DNA of 64,000 nucleotides. Source: Dimorphilus gyrociliatus. Its lineage: Eukaryota > Animalia > Annelida. Position numbers and translations under genes: made by a program. The notes under the pieces are model-generated. The model ran no database searches. It was not told where the DNA came from and worked only from the letters and a program-made list of their open reading frames with translations. The stretch covers positions 62,001-126,000 of the forward strand of contig CAJFCJ010000008.1 of the NCBI GenBank assembly GCA_904063045.1. Reading direction: 5' to 3'. The number at the start of each line of letters is the position of its first letter. The first letter of the stretch is position 1. Positions 38,962-54,644 of the stretch are shown here, in pieces.

Positions 38962-40577
38962 ATAGCACCTGCATCCTGTCTTTGATTGAAAATTTTCAAA
39001 CGCTTTCAATACATTGTAACATGCGAAAATTACTGATAAGATTCTTGAACATACCTGCATATAATTTTCTCGTTTTATTAAATAATATACAGTATTATTA
39101 AAATTCTTTAGGATCTTATAGTCAATAAATAAGAATAACAATACCTATTCCTTTTTAATGATTAGTTTTAAAATGATAGATAATAGGTAGAAAATAAATA
39201 TTTTTTAGCTATTTCTCTTTTATAATATGAATATAATAGAGGTTTTGTTTGTTCTAACTAATTAAACCAATTAATTAGTAAAGGAGATAATTGAATAATT
39301 TTTGGTATATAAACTGGTAAAAACTTTTAGATTATTCGTTAATAAAAAATTTATATTGTATAAACTGTATTTACAGATTACAGAGTATTTACCTATGAGT
39401 TGACGGATCCTTCGACAGAATAGTTTGCATTATATTGTAATTATCAATTTATTGGCTATGTAGGATAATGTGTTGTGAATATAATATTTACTTTCTTCAC
39501 GGTCTAATCTATAGGTAAAGAAGAAAATATAAGGTACTTTCTCTGAAAAAAGAGATTTTCCCTATTATTTGACAGTCCTATAAGTTTTTAATTAAAAGTT
39601 ATAGTAACATTCCAAGTGAGAAAAAAACCCCTAATCTTTAAATGTTTTCCTTCCATCTCTCTGATTTCTTTGTTTAATTCTTCTTTTCTTCTTTAAAATA
39701 TGTGCTCTTTATTCTTTATAATCTCGTACACCTGTTAGCAGGAGGTCCATACTTTAATACCAATAGGTGCCTTTCCAAACAGAGGGGGAAATAAAACACA
39801 ACTCCTCCCACCTAATTTCAACTCCCCTACAATTAGTGCATCTGGCCGATTCAAAAGTACTACTCTCAAGATTGATTTCTTTTGACATTCTGTGAACCTC
39901 TGTAGACTACTTATTCACCATAGTCGGTACAATACCGTTAAAACGTTTCCAAATTATTGTATTATATATTTTATAGAGTAGATAATACTGTTTTTAATAT
40001 AAAACTATGAAAATTCCACAGTTTGTTACTTGGTATTTTTGTTACATGATGGTTAAATTCTCACTTCCCTAATGGAGGTTCATTTACACTCTCACTTCTT
40101 TATTGTTATTTAACAATTGATTACGTAATGGTTTTAATGACGGTCACTACATTCAAATCACTACTCAAATTTAAAATAAATTAGTATTATTCCACAATAA
40201 ACCAAGAATCCTAGGAATTTCAAAAAAGATTGACAAATGGCGTCAAATATAATTTTATGCGCTTTAAATGGGCGACGATCCCCTGTTGCGAGGTTAGTCG
40301 TCACTGATGGCGTGTTCAATTGGAATTTGATCTAGTAATTGACACGATGCGGGGGTTGGCGTCGACTTTGTTGTAGAATAGAAAAGATGGCAAATAGAGA
40401 ATGCCTGTGTTTATCCTCAAATTATAGACTAGCTAGCCAACTCAATTATTTAGAAACGTCTTCAAATTGAACAGTTTAGTTTCAAGTTTTATATTTAAAA
40501 GAAGCTTGTATTGCTTTCACAGACAAAAGACACAAAAACAATTTCTTATTTACTGATTACAAAAAAAAGATGAGAGT

Positions 40578-43500
40578 TTAATTATTGGTCGAAGGTGACT
40601 CTATATTAAACTGATCGTAGCAGTCCATCTTAAGAGGACAAGCTTGCTTTTTAACGTCATTCATTATATGCCTAACCATATTTGAAAAGAAGGCAGCTTC
40701 TTCCGGCTTTTCCGAATATCTTTCGTACTGATCAAGACAATCGTGTAACTTTAAAGTTAAAGATTCATAATTGTTTCTAACAACTTCTAAAACTTGTTCT
40801 TCAGTTAGAGATGAAATTTTATTTTGATGTTGCCACTTTTCCAGCTAAAAGTTCAATTAATTTATTAATTTAATTTATATTAAAATGAATATAAAGAAAG
40901 AGGAATGGGTATAATACTGACTTTTGGCGTAAAATGATTAACAATCGATCTGATATTAACAAGGGAACCATTCATCTTTTTTGCTGCATTCACGAACTCA
41001 TTATTTGAATTTGAATACCGTAAGCCCATCGTATAAAGGTTGTTAAATACTTGATGAGTTCTAACAATTTCATAATAAAGTTCGTCATAAGTCTGAGTAC
41101 TTGGTAAGAATGTATCTCCATAGGTGATAAACATGTTAAAAATATTGATAACCTAATGTCAATAAAATGAAATGAATTGAGAAAAGTAAAAAAGTAATTT
41201 AAATATATTATGCAAATTAATTCAAGACATCAAACGATTGTGACAAAAAAAAATTTACCCGGTAACAAAGGGAAAAGATATCGTGTTTCTGTTTCATCAA
41301 ATAATTTTCGTAGGTAACGATGAACTTCAATAGAGCAATCAAGGCGGACCAGAGATCGTTCCAATTGTACTTCAAGCGTTGTCGGCACCGTTTTTGATAA
41401 CACAGCACCCTTTGAATTACGCCTATACCTCTCCTGAAAATAGAGAAAAGAAATTTCAATTATGACGAATCGGAGCATTATATTTGTATACATAAGAAAA
41501 ACAACACACACATGCACGGACATGCACTAATTTTCACTCTTATACTATAAAATTGTCATTTTTTGGGATATGTTAGAATTATATCTGTAATCAATCACTC
41601 CCTATCCCTTCATACCTTATCTCTTTATCATTGCTGTTTTTTAGTTACTGTTACTATATTCCTTACAAACGTAAGTGGACACTAATAGATTTTAAATAGA
41701 CTCTGTGATTCTCTCTAGAGAATAGTAACCTGCCAGTTCTTTACTTACATGTATAATTCCATTGGGAAATTTTTCATCATGTGACTGTGTACGAATTCAA
41801 CTAATAAATCTAAATTACAAGAGGGAAAAGAAGCAAGACTGTCATAAACATTTTTCAGTAATTGGAAATTGGCATTATACCTAAAAGAGCTGATGCAAGC
41901 GTTCTCGAAGGAGATGGTCTGTTCAAGAAGACTTTTCTATGTCTCATTGGCTGTTTAATAAGTTTAATTATACTAAATTATTTACAAGGTTTACGAGCTA
42001 TTCTTACCATTTTATGTAAGGGAACTCGAAAATTTATGTTAACGTCATGCATAAGGGAATTTGCAAATTGATCCTCGGAAATGCAAGTCAATATCAACAA
42101 ACACAGTTTACAGCTGTGAAAACGACTTTCCTCTGTTTGAAACCAACAAAAAATAATATTAGAATAATTAATCGTTATATACTTTTACCAATTATCCATT
42201 TTTTATTATTAACGTTTATAAAATTATACTAGATGGCGTCACTTGACGATATACCTTTTATTCCTTGCATAACTATTGATGAATATTCTAAAAACGTAGC
42301 TAGTAGATTTGTTGGTAAAACTTCATTTGAACAATTTATTTTAGAATCCGGCTCTTTCTCATTGACAGGCATCGATTGGCTTCTGGCAATTGTTGTTGCA
42401 GGCGATTCCGGAGGAGTTTGTACAGGACTCGTATGACATTGCGTTAAAGTGATGACAAAATTTCGATTCAAGTGTACCGCTTCATATAAAGCAAGAAGCA
42501 TGGCGTCATTTGTTCTAAATTTAAATATACAGTATATATAATTAACAATAAAATAAGAATATAAAAATGACTACTTACGACCCAATGGAAACTTTTTTCT
42601 CATCTCCAACAAACATATTACCGACCTAAATAATAATAAACAGACAAACGAATAGTAAAAAACATGCAATTGATAGATTTGTTATTTTTCTCATCTTACT
42701 CTTACCATACTGCTTAATGTAGCAAGAAATCCACTCGATTCATTTTCTAAACATTTTTTCTTGAAAGCCCTATTTATGTAATTTTAAACATTTCGTATTT
42801 ATCACTAAACAATAATTATGATAACATACTTATTAAATTCTGTCAAAGTCATTGAAATTGTCTGAGCAAATCCATTTAAAGCTAGTTCATTATCAAGTAT
42901 AGACAATTTAACTACATATGGATTAGCTGATTCGTGTTTTCTGTATTGTACTAATAGAGTAAATAGAAGTAAAGCATCGTGCCCATGAACATTTCTCCAT
43001 TCTGATCTTCCAAAGAGCTAAAAAAAGAAAAAGAAAACAAGAATATTATCAAATTTAATAAATGGTAAGAATGAAATATGTAAACGTAACTAGAGAATAT
43101 CTTAGATAATATAATACATAAATAACATATACTTGTATAAATGAGAAAAGGTTACGTTGAAGAATTTGTAACATTTTGACATTTTCAGAATGCTAAAGTT
43201 TGCTTTGAGTAGTGTTTGTATTTATATGAAAGAGACTTAAAAAAAAACAAGAAAAAAAGCAACAAAGTTTTTATAAACAAACAATTAACTTACTTGTACG
43301 ATTGTTTCGAACAGGGAGTTTTTCATTAAGTATTCTAGTAAAATATTCTGACTTAGATGCGATTCAACCACCTGTAAAAAGTGCTCTATTAATAAAAAAA
43401 GCAACAATAAAAATATAATACGTTAGTACAAACCGTAACAATAGTTAATAATAACTTTAAAGAAAGAGTATGTAAAATATCTAATTTAGATTCCTCTAAT

Positions 43501-43670
43501 ATCTTAATTAATCCAGTAATTAAGTCTTTCATTACATCGTCAGCTTCCTCTTGACCTATCAGCAATTTCAATACATTGGAAGAGTCATCGTTCTTTGATA
43601 CCACGCCTCTAATAAGACAATTGATTGTCTATAAAATCGAAAGCATATTGAGAAAGACAGCCTTCAGTAT

Positions 43671-43723
<53 letters not shown>

Positions 43724-44389
43724 ATATAATAATTAACCTGTAATGAGTTGGCCAAAGGTATCGGGTTTGTATAGTCCAATCTTTTAATGCATTCATAAAA
43801 CAGTTTACTAATAATTTCCTGTTAAAAAAATTTAAGAATGGTAAAGAAAAGAAGAAGAAATAAAAGATAATTATTATTGCTGATTCAAGCGTTCTTAATA
43901 TTGATAATAATGATAAATTTAATAGTTAATTGTGTCTAAAAAACTGCATAAGTATTAAACTTCCAATTTTTTTTTAATATTTTACCAATAAACATGAATG
44001 TAATATACTTATATCTTTATATGTGTTTTATACCTTAATCAAACATAATTGATCGATACTTTGTTTTTCGAATTCTGTGGCAAACGTTTGGGGATTAACC
44101 TGTAAAATATTTCACAGAGATAACATATATATTTATTTCTTTATTTCTTATCTATAAGGACCTTTAGAAGGAATAATTCGTCCCAAAAATTCTCATTTAT
44201 CAATGATAAATCTTGTCCCTGTAATGTAGATGTATAGATAACATTCCTATATTTTATACAACAAATTTCTCTCTTTTAAATATATTATTCTACCTTAAAG
44301 AGCGATTCATAGATTTGACTGATTTTCTCCTTAAATTGAGCTTTATTCGAAGACTTCTTTAAAATTTGAGAATGACCTTTTACAGACAT
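40578..44389 (-). CDS. ARMH3: Armadillo-like helical domain protein 3 (C10orf76/UPF0668), about 686 aa, 16 exons
   Basis: Exons 44294-44389, 44162-44218, 44034-44099, 43738-43818, 43434-43628, 43294-43371, 42830-43017, 42706-42769, 42579-42625, 42255-42514, 42008-42132, 41881-41950, 41749-41809, 41259-41433, 40922-41152, 40578-40844 join in frame. Motifs [55 protein letters not shown]...[17 protein letters not shown] are recognisable. Confidence 0.96.
43672..43725. repeat. (TA)n(TG)n microsatellite in an ARMH3 intron
   Basis: Visible run; other (TA)n runs lie at about 2505-2530, 3711-3745, 13480-13510, 57315-57387 and 59364-59412, and a (CA)n run at 8028-8047. Confidence 0.95.
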
Positions 44390-44801
44390 TATCGGTGTTC
44401 AACGACCATAATCTGAAAATTAAAAAATTATTAAAAATGCAAAGTTATGCGGCATTTTTTATGAATATGAATTATTTTGCAATTTTAATAGACAAATTAG
44501 GCAAATATGATTTATTAAACCTGCTAAATCTGGGATATATATATGTGAAAATACCGTATTTCTGCTATTACTCATTAACCGGATGTTGTTTGCAATCATA
44601 TTCCAATAGATGTCACTAATATCAACCTCTTTCCAAACCGCAAAGTCAAGGACATCCCTATAGCGGCAATGTAAACAAAAGTGATGGATTTTGAAAAAAA
44701 CTGCGAAATTAGCTTATTCGATCATTAGAATTGTTCATCTCTTTGGAATTCTAAAAAGATTCGTGCATCTTGATCATATTCAAAACCGAAAAATAAAGAA
44801 A

Positions 44802-47380
<2,579 letters not shown>

Positions 47381-48091
47381 ATAGTTACAAATGAAGAGAA
47401 CAATTTCAAATGTTATAAAATCTTGCAGAACTTTTTAAATATAAAATTTATGATTATTAAACTTTATCTAAAAATATATCAACAGTCCATCTTTAATTTA
47501 TACTCTAAAAGGAACTTTCAATACAAATACAAATAACTAACTGTTCAATTGATAAAAAGAAACAATCATAGCTGTTATCTAAATATATAGAGTTCCTCTA
47601 ATTTCTTTTACTTTCAATTATCCTTTCTTGATTATTTCACATATTTACGATTGTTTAATAGAGAGAATCCAGTAGTATATTTATTATTTTTCTTTTGATA
47701 TCGTTCTTTCTTGAATGGAAAAAAAAAGAAAACTATACATTTTTTTCATTCATTCAAATGTTATGCTTTATACATTCACATACAGACACGAATATATATT
47801 ATTAACATATTATATATTTATGTTTATACACAACAATAAGCTTAACAAACTATAAGATTTTCAAAATTTAGCACCATCTTTAAAGTTTACTTTTTTTCCA
47901 TAAAATTTCCTTCTCTTTTCTTTTTTTACAACACTGACTAAAAAAATTGTTTAAAAAAAAAAGAAACATTATTAAAAGTGTAAAATATCACCCGTTTTGG
48001 AAAAGATAAAGTAGAAATTATTCTATTTGGGTGAATTTATAAGTCATGTAGTAGGATGTTAGTAGTACAGAAAAAAAAGCTATACTGTTTA

Positions 48092-51000
48092 TCAAACAAC
48101 AGTTTCGTCCTTCTCTTCTTGTCTTAATAGTCGTTTGCTATCTTCATCGCTATTTTCTAATTGTTTTAACTCACTTTCGTCTTCTTCTCTAGTTTCGTAT
48201 GGAATGTTTCTAATCTGTTCCTTCTTTCGGTCCCAAAATTTTCTGGCAATACCATTTTGTCTGGGGTTGTAAAAGGAACTTTGATGAAAGCCATTCTTTC
48301 CCAAATTTACAGGAGGAGGTGGGAGAGCAACTGAAGAAGACGCGTGTGTATTGTCACTTATAACACTCTCCGTTCGATTGTTATGATCTTTACCAATCGG
48401 TTCTACACGATTTTCAGATACTTCTTCCACTTCTGGTTCGGGTCTTTGAACAATTCCCAGAGCGAAAATGGAAGATATGCTTAGAAGAACACAAAACTGA
48501 CAGAAGGCGCATTCGTAGAAAGTTTGGCTCTTCACTGGCAAGAAAGGTATCCTGTAATCCAATATGAGAAAAACCGATGACACAAAACAGAGAAGATACA
48601 TTATAAAGCACACAAGTACAGCACGGCAATCGCTGATTGTCATGACATTTTCAGAATCCTCGTCTTCCAAATGAAAGCAATGTAGGCATTCGATTCGAAA
48701 GCTCATGAAGAAGAATATTACAGCAAAGAAAGCTGATGGAGCGTAAAGACTTATAAAATCTGGTTGTGTGCATTGAAAATCACCAATTTCCTTTGGCCTG
48801 AAAACAGTTTACAGAGAGGAAATGATTAAACAAACTAAAGAATGAGAGGCAATGAATTACTGAAATTAATATACCTCAGTGTTATTGCTGCTGTCAAACC
48901 AATAACCAGAAGTGGTAAACCGTAGCCAATTAGGTAATACTTAAAACAAGATGATCTGGAATCGACTTCAGCTGTTTCCAATTCGTCGTCTTCAATTGAG
49001 AGAACTTTCTTAAATATTGCTTGTTTAGCAACGTAATTTGCCGATATACTCCAACAGAATCCAGAGAATATAAACAGATTTAATAATAACGGTCTGATTG
49101 AACAAATAAGTGGTGGTTCAATAAAGTCTACGCAAAATAAAGCAGCGCAAAGGCTAAAGCTAACGCATAAATTTGCTATAGAATGTCTCCACTCCGACGG
49201 TGCAGACTTTTGCCATCGACAACATAATATGGCCGATATAATCGATGATAAAAATACAACAGCACAACCAGTAAATGCTATAGATCCCAACAAACGAACT
49301 CGAAAATCAAAATGAAAGAAACTTCGTTTACTCTCCTGACTGACTAAGGCATAGGCTGCTTCAAAATTACTTCTACATTTAAAACTAAGTAAAGCACTGT
49401 CTTCAATATCGATACAAGTAGCGTTAAACCAAACTCCAACTCCAGGTATGAATCTCTTTAGAGAAACTCCCGTATCGTCTTTTCTAATTGTAAAGTCAAC
49501 CTCTCCCGTCACCTCGCCGTTAGGAGAGAATGATGAGTAAATAATTGGATAATTTAAATTTTCTCCAAAATCACTGCCAAATACGGCTTCATTGTCAAAA
49601 ACAACTAGGATAATTCTCGTTGAATCATTTGATGGTGGTAGATGATAACTAGTATATAAATCATAATTATCCCAATTATAATCAGATTCGTTGACATATT
49701 TGGTACATTTAAGACTTTTACCAAATGACGCTGAACATGATATTCCACTATGAGTACTAACCATTTTGGAATAAAAGGTTAAACCATTAAACGTTAATTG
49801 TACAATATCGTCACTACCCAATTTGATGCCATAAGCCAATTTCTTGATTATTTTAAATATCTTTTCCGTTAGGGAATAATTAATGACACTTTGCTTTAAA
49901 ACTGTCGGGTTTGAGTAAATAATTTTAGATATAATCGATAAGACCATATGTGTTGTATCCCGATTTACTGATGTTTTATGAATATGACGATCAATTATAT
50001 TGAGAATAAGTATTAAATTTTTCTTTTCCGACGTGAAAGAAACTGAGTTTTCCATTAAATATTGTCCAAGAATGTTTAAAGAGTTACTTGAATCGTTTTT
50101 ATATAATTTATCCAATAATCTTGTAGAATTAGCTAGAAATTCACAATTTTCTTCGTTTACGTTTGTCCATTTTCCATTTGTATTACAATATCTTTCGATA
50201 TTTGCCTTTCTTGGAGATTTACACTTTTGAATTACCGTTGTATTGCTAACAGTCATTTTCCAGGTATAGTTGCCTTTTAATGAAGAACTATGGTCCAAAC
50301 CGCAAAAGGTATCATTCGAATCATAGACAATTATTTTTATAATATATTTATCAGTGCCATCAGAGCAAGCTAAAATTCCCTGAAGGGAGAGATCAACAAC
50401 TGGAACTGTTAATTTTATATCATGCTTATTTATATCTATATGAAAAGATTCTGATGAATTTGTCCTATTTTTCAAATCAATACCATTTAGTCTCCATTTT
50501 AAATTGCTTGTATCATATTTGGCAGTTGGATCACGCGATTTCATTGTACAATAGGCTTCGAATGAGTCACCTATAAATAATATTTGACTATTTTCAGGTT
50601 GCATAAACGGTAGCGGCGGACAAAGGTCTTCAACAGCCAACTCTGATAATTTCTCTCTTTTAAACCTTTTCTTCCCTCTTGTTATCAATTTACAACTACC
50701 TTCAACCATTATATTCTTTTCCAAGAGCCATACCGTTTCGCATGTGCATTTCAAACGCTTATTTTTCCGTACGTTACTATAAAAAAAAAGAATATAAAAC
50801 TAAAGAAACCTATAATAAAATTCAACAAATACGACTGTCTGTCAATAGAATTAAAGATAACAGTACTTACAGTGACTTTAGGGATTTTAAGTAGAAAAAG
50901 GTTTTGGAAATATAGCTTAATTGATTCTTTTGTAAATTCAATCTTTCAAGTTTTTGTAAACCGCTGTGTATCTCAAATCTTATTAATCTATTACTTTGCA

Positions 51001-51478
51001 AATTAATTTCTTCGAGATTCTTCGTTAGTGCGAATGACAGTGGATGAATAAATTTGATTTTATTGTTTTGAAGTGTTCTAAAACAAATATAACGTTTATG
51101 TAAACACATTTGGAAACAATTTATATTAACAAACTTACAATACTTTTAATGAGGTAAACTTTGAAAATGTATTTTTATTAATACGATTAATATTTGAATG
51201 AGTTATTTTCCTGAAAATATTCAATCGTTAGCAATGAATATATGAAAAATGCGTTTTAATATTCAATTTGATATATTTACGTACAATTCTGTTATAGTTG
51301 ATGGTAGAAGGGAAATTAGATTATTTATGCTCCCAAGATCTCGGCAAGAAAACTTATCTTCAACCCCATTTTCACATCGGCAATTTCCATATTTTGTACA
51401 GTATTCGGGTAAACAATCATGTTCCTTAATACAAAGCAACAAGATAACCAAAAACCAAACACATACCTTCCAATCCAT
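48092..51478 (-). CDS. ADGRA3: Adhesion GPCR of the ADGRA (GPR123/124/125) family, about 1002 aa: signal peptide, LRRs, LRRCT, Ig, HormR, GAIN, 7TM, PDZ ligand; exons 51285-51478, 50871-51077, 48875-50776, 48092-48797
   Basis: LRR consensus (LEEINLQSNRL, LERLNLQKNQL), CTCETVW LRRCT, Ig (CTMKS...WRLNG...LTVP...GILAC), HormR (YTWKMT...QKC...RYCNTNGKW), GPS-like WFNATC...FKC, seven hydrophobic segments, and C-terminal ETVV (ETTV in vertebrate ADGRA2/3). Paralogue assignment is nominal. Confidence 0.88.
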
Positions 51479-52023
51479 TATAGAAAAATCCAAACGTTTT
51501 TATGACTAGATCATAGTTGCGTCAATTCATTTTTTATTTTAAAAACAACTAGAAAGGCTGCTTAGAGATGTTGATTTCACAAAGAGTAGAACGAAATTAA
51601 AGATCGCGACTATTTCCATTTTTGGTTATAACGCCATATTGTTTTTCAGCTCCGCACTTTATATATTATTAAAATAAAGCGATAATACAACACATAAATA
51701 TATATATAAACATATATATTTATATAATGTATATGCTGTTTATATAAAATATTTGAACAATACAAATTATTTTGATAAAATAGTAAGATTAAACAATCAC
51801 GAGTATTTTCAATAATAGTTTTTCACTGCTGCCATCTATCGCTTTTTCCAAGATAAACTATCATCTTTAAGCTACAAAAAATCTTAAACAATAGGGATTA
51901 CTTCAAAATAATTACTTCATCCATACTGTGACATTTATGTTTGGAAATCTTATACGAAAATAGAAAAAAAACCAGTACTAACGTAGAATAAATGTTTTGA
52001 AACAGAACTGCATTTCGATACTG

Positions 52024-54337
52024 TTAAGCTTTTTCTTGTTGGTTAGGTGAAGTTGTTGAATTACCAACAAATTCTACACTGGCTTCATGACAATCTTTGA
52101 AACTACCAACACTTAATGTGTCGTTCTTTCTCTCATCCTCTGTAATATAACTATCATCAGGTTCAGTCACATCCCAAAATTCAACATTTTCCATTTCCTT
52201 TGCTCCCGGCGTTACAGTATGGGTAGTTAATGAATCATAACTTTGATTTGCACTGGCAAACCGTGAAGACGTCGGAGTTTGAAAATTCCCTGAACTTGTA
52301 TTTAATTGGTCTTCTCTGGCTGACTGATAAAATGATGAGGAATCATTCAAGTCATTTGCGGAATAAAAGGATCCATAATTTATCCTAGCTTCTGATTCCT
52401 CAACTGAATTAATAGATGCATAATTTGGTCTACTACCATTTGATGCAGATGCAGTTGTATTTCGAGAATTTTCTAGATCGTCAGATGAATCTGAGCTTCT
52501 GTGTCTACGTGAGAATAACGTCCTTATCCGACTACCTAAGCCTATAAGAACACGTAGGATATAATAAGAGTTACATTGTAGCTAGCGGAAATACCTGTAG
52601 AGGTTTCTGGTGAAGTTGTCTCCCCTCCTTCCGCGCCCAGAAGTGGAGTTCTTTCGGAATGGGAACTACCAGATGAAGCAATTGGATAATTAGGATCATC
52701 CTCTCTCAAAACAGCCTGCTTGCATACTGGACATATTCTCTTATTTTGCGTCAACCAAGGATCAACACATGCTTTATGATAGGCTGTGGAAGTAATAAAG
52801 AATAAATTACATAGTTATTGAATTGAATCCACTTAAAAGAAAGAAAAAGTTTAAAGCCTGATATATTGATATAGATATATATATATATACTGTATATATA
52901 TGTGTTTGTAACATGACCTAAAAAAATTTATTCGTCACACCTTCATATATGTTTTTCTATTTGTGAGAAATTGTTACTACTATTGAAAAGTCTTGTAATT
53001 TGAACTCTTAATTTGATATTAATAGTAATATGATATTCTCTAATTATGCACATATTCAGGCTCTTTGCTATGACAATAATAAATACTTTGTTATTGTTAG
53101 AAAATATAATCTGTTCAATATTCTATAATTTCTTTCAATTTACCGTGTCGGCATGGTAAAATTCTTAAAACTTCAGTCTCTTCATAGGCCTCCAAACATA
53201 TGGCACAAACTTCATACGGATCACCTGTTTTTGTTAAAATCATTACTATTTAATAAAGAAGATAACTATTAATTGTTTAATAAACCTTTCACGAAAGACT
53301 TTGTTTCAAGCTGTTGCAATCTGCGAATAGGTAGTCTTGCTTTTCTCTTTTTGTAGAAGTTATAACATAAATGAATCGACTATAAAAGAAGGTTAATAAG
53401 AAAAGGTTTAAGGATTGATATTTATAATTTTAATTACCCAAGCTGTAATAACCCCAAGTATGGCAAGGCTTCCCAAAGTTCCAGCAGCTATTATGAAGGC
53501 TTTAAAGTTAAAATAGTCCCTCGGTTGGGCTAATATTATTGCTTGACACCTATCATTAAAAAGTATCATTAATACATTAAGCTAATAGCAAAATATGAGA
53601 TGTTACTTTGAGGTATATAAATACTTCTCCAGAAGTTCCTTGGCTGATCTTTGGGGAACGAAAGTTACGTAAATATGAACGTGCCGGTTCTCTATAACGA
53701 ATTAAATTAATTAGCGAATTTCAAGAATTAAAGGTGAGTCATACTCACTATCTTTGGCTTTTAACCTAACAAATGTATCTTCATCTTTTTCGTCATAGAA
53801 TATAGCTCCAGCAAAGCTAGCGTTTTGTAAATTCAAAGCCTATAGTGAAAACATAGAGAATAATATATTCTCACTAAAACAAATGTATATAATTCCTCCA
53901 TTTACCTGAAGATCATCGGGACAACTTCTTCTTTTATAGACTGCGTAAAATGGACCTTCTTCTGGGGGTTTAATATCCAACTTGTCACAAGCATTATATT
54001 GGACATTATAGAGAAAACCTTTCTGTTAACAAAATGGTTAAAGTTTAAACTCAAATTGCCAATAGGTGTTGATTACTGTTTTAACCTCAGAAGAAGACAT
54101 AGGTACTTTTCTTCCAAATAGAGCATTTTCTGACTCGAAAACATCAATCTCTGTGTGATTTGGTGATATCTGTGTACAATGTAACAATTTTAAGTGACTT
54201 ATAGTTTTTTAAAGACAATAAAAATAGGCGTAGGTTAAAACAATATATACAATAAGTATTTCTCCAGTAGGTTGTAGGTTTAAACAATCAGGTAAAAATA
54301 ATGTAATCAAGAAGACTATAGACATGAAAATTTTCAT
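52024..54337 (-). CDS. RNF13: PA-TM-RING E3 ubiquitin ligase (RNF13/RNF167/godzilla type), about 485 aa, 10 exons
   Basis: Exons 54251-54337, 54086-54169, 53906-54022, 53749-53839, 53607-53691, 53438-53549, 53286-53379, 53144-53224, 52595-52783, 52024-52541. Signal peptide, PA domain (KGFLY...NAC), TM, RING-H2 [50 protein letters not shown], and dileucine motif SERTPLL. Confidence 0.93.
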
Positions 54338-54602
54338 TCTTATGAGATTCAACAATACTGCGCCAATAAACTTAGTTTCTTTAATAGCTTCTTATCTGAA
54401 AAGAAAAAAAATAGCGATATTATTAAATAAGAATATGAGCGATAATACAATATAATCTACTTATAGGAGAAGAGGTTAAGATTTTGATAATCCAGCAATA
54501 CTCACATCATATGAAACTTCAAAATAATGAATATTTTATATCTAATATGGCAAATCAAACAGATATTAATATTTATCCTGACTTAAGTGTCATTTACTTG
54601 AA

Positions 54603-54610
54603 ATGACGTC
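54603..54610. promoter_or_regulatory. Perfect CRE (TGACGTCA) in the RNF13-like/DNAJC11 bidirectional promoter
   Basis: TGACGTCA lies 35 nt upstream of the first DNAJC11 ATG, between head-to-head genes. Confidence 0.55.
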
Positions 54611-54644
54611 ATATCAAACGCAGTTCTGAAAACTCGTTAATACA

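Noticed and set aside
38488-39141. 217-aa minus-strand ORF
   Set aside because: Largely the antisense shadow of the plus ORF 38528-38911 and runs through a (CT)n repeat (LSLSLS).
40230-40400. GC-richer segment with a short GACGA/TCGTC stem, considered as an ncRNA
   Set aside because: Stem too short and no box or tRNA motifs; better explained as a promoter-like region with ATGGCG motifs downstream of ARMH3.
51503-51512. TGACTAGATC (miR-279-like 5' end); also TTGCATAGTC at 19795-19804 (miR-153-like)
   Set aside because: Only 10-nt matches, the rest of the mature sequence diverges, and no precursor hairpin was seen.
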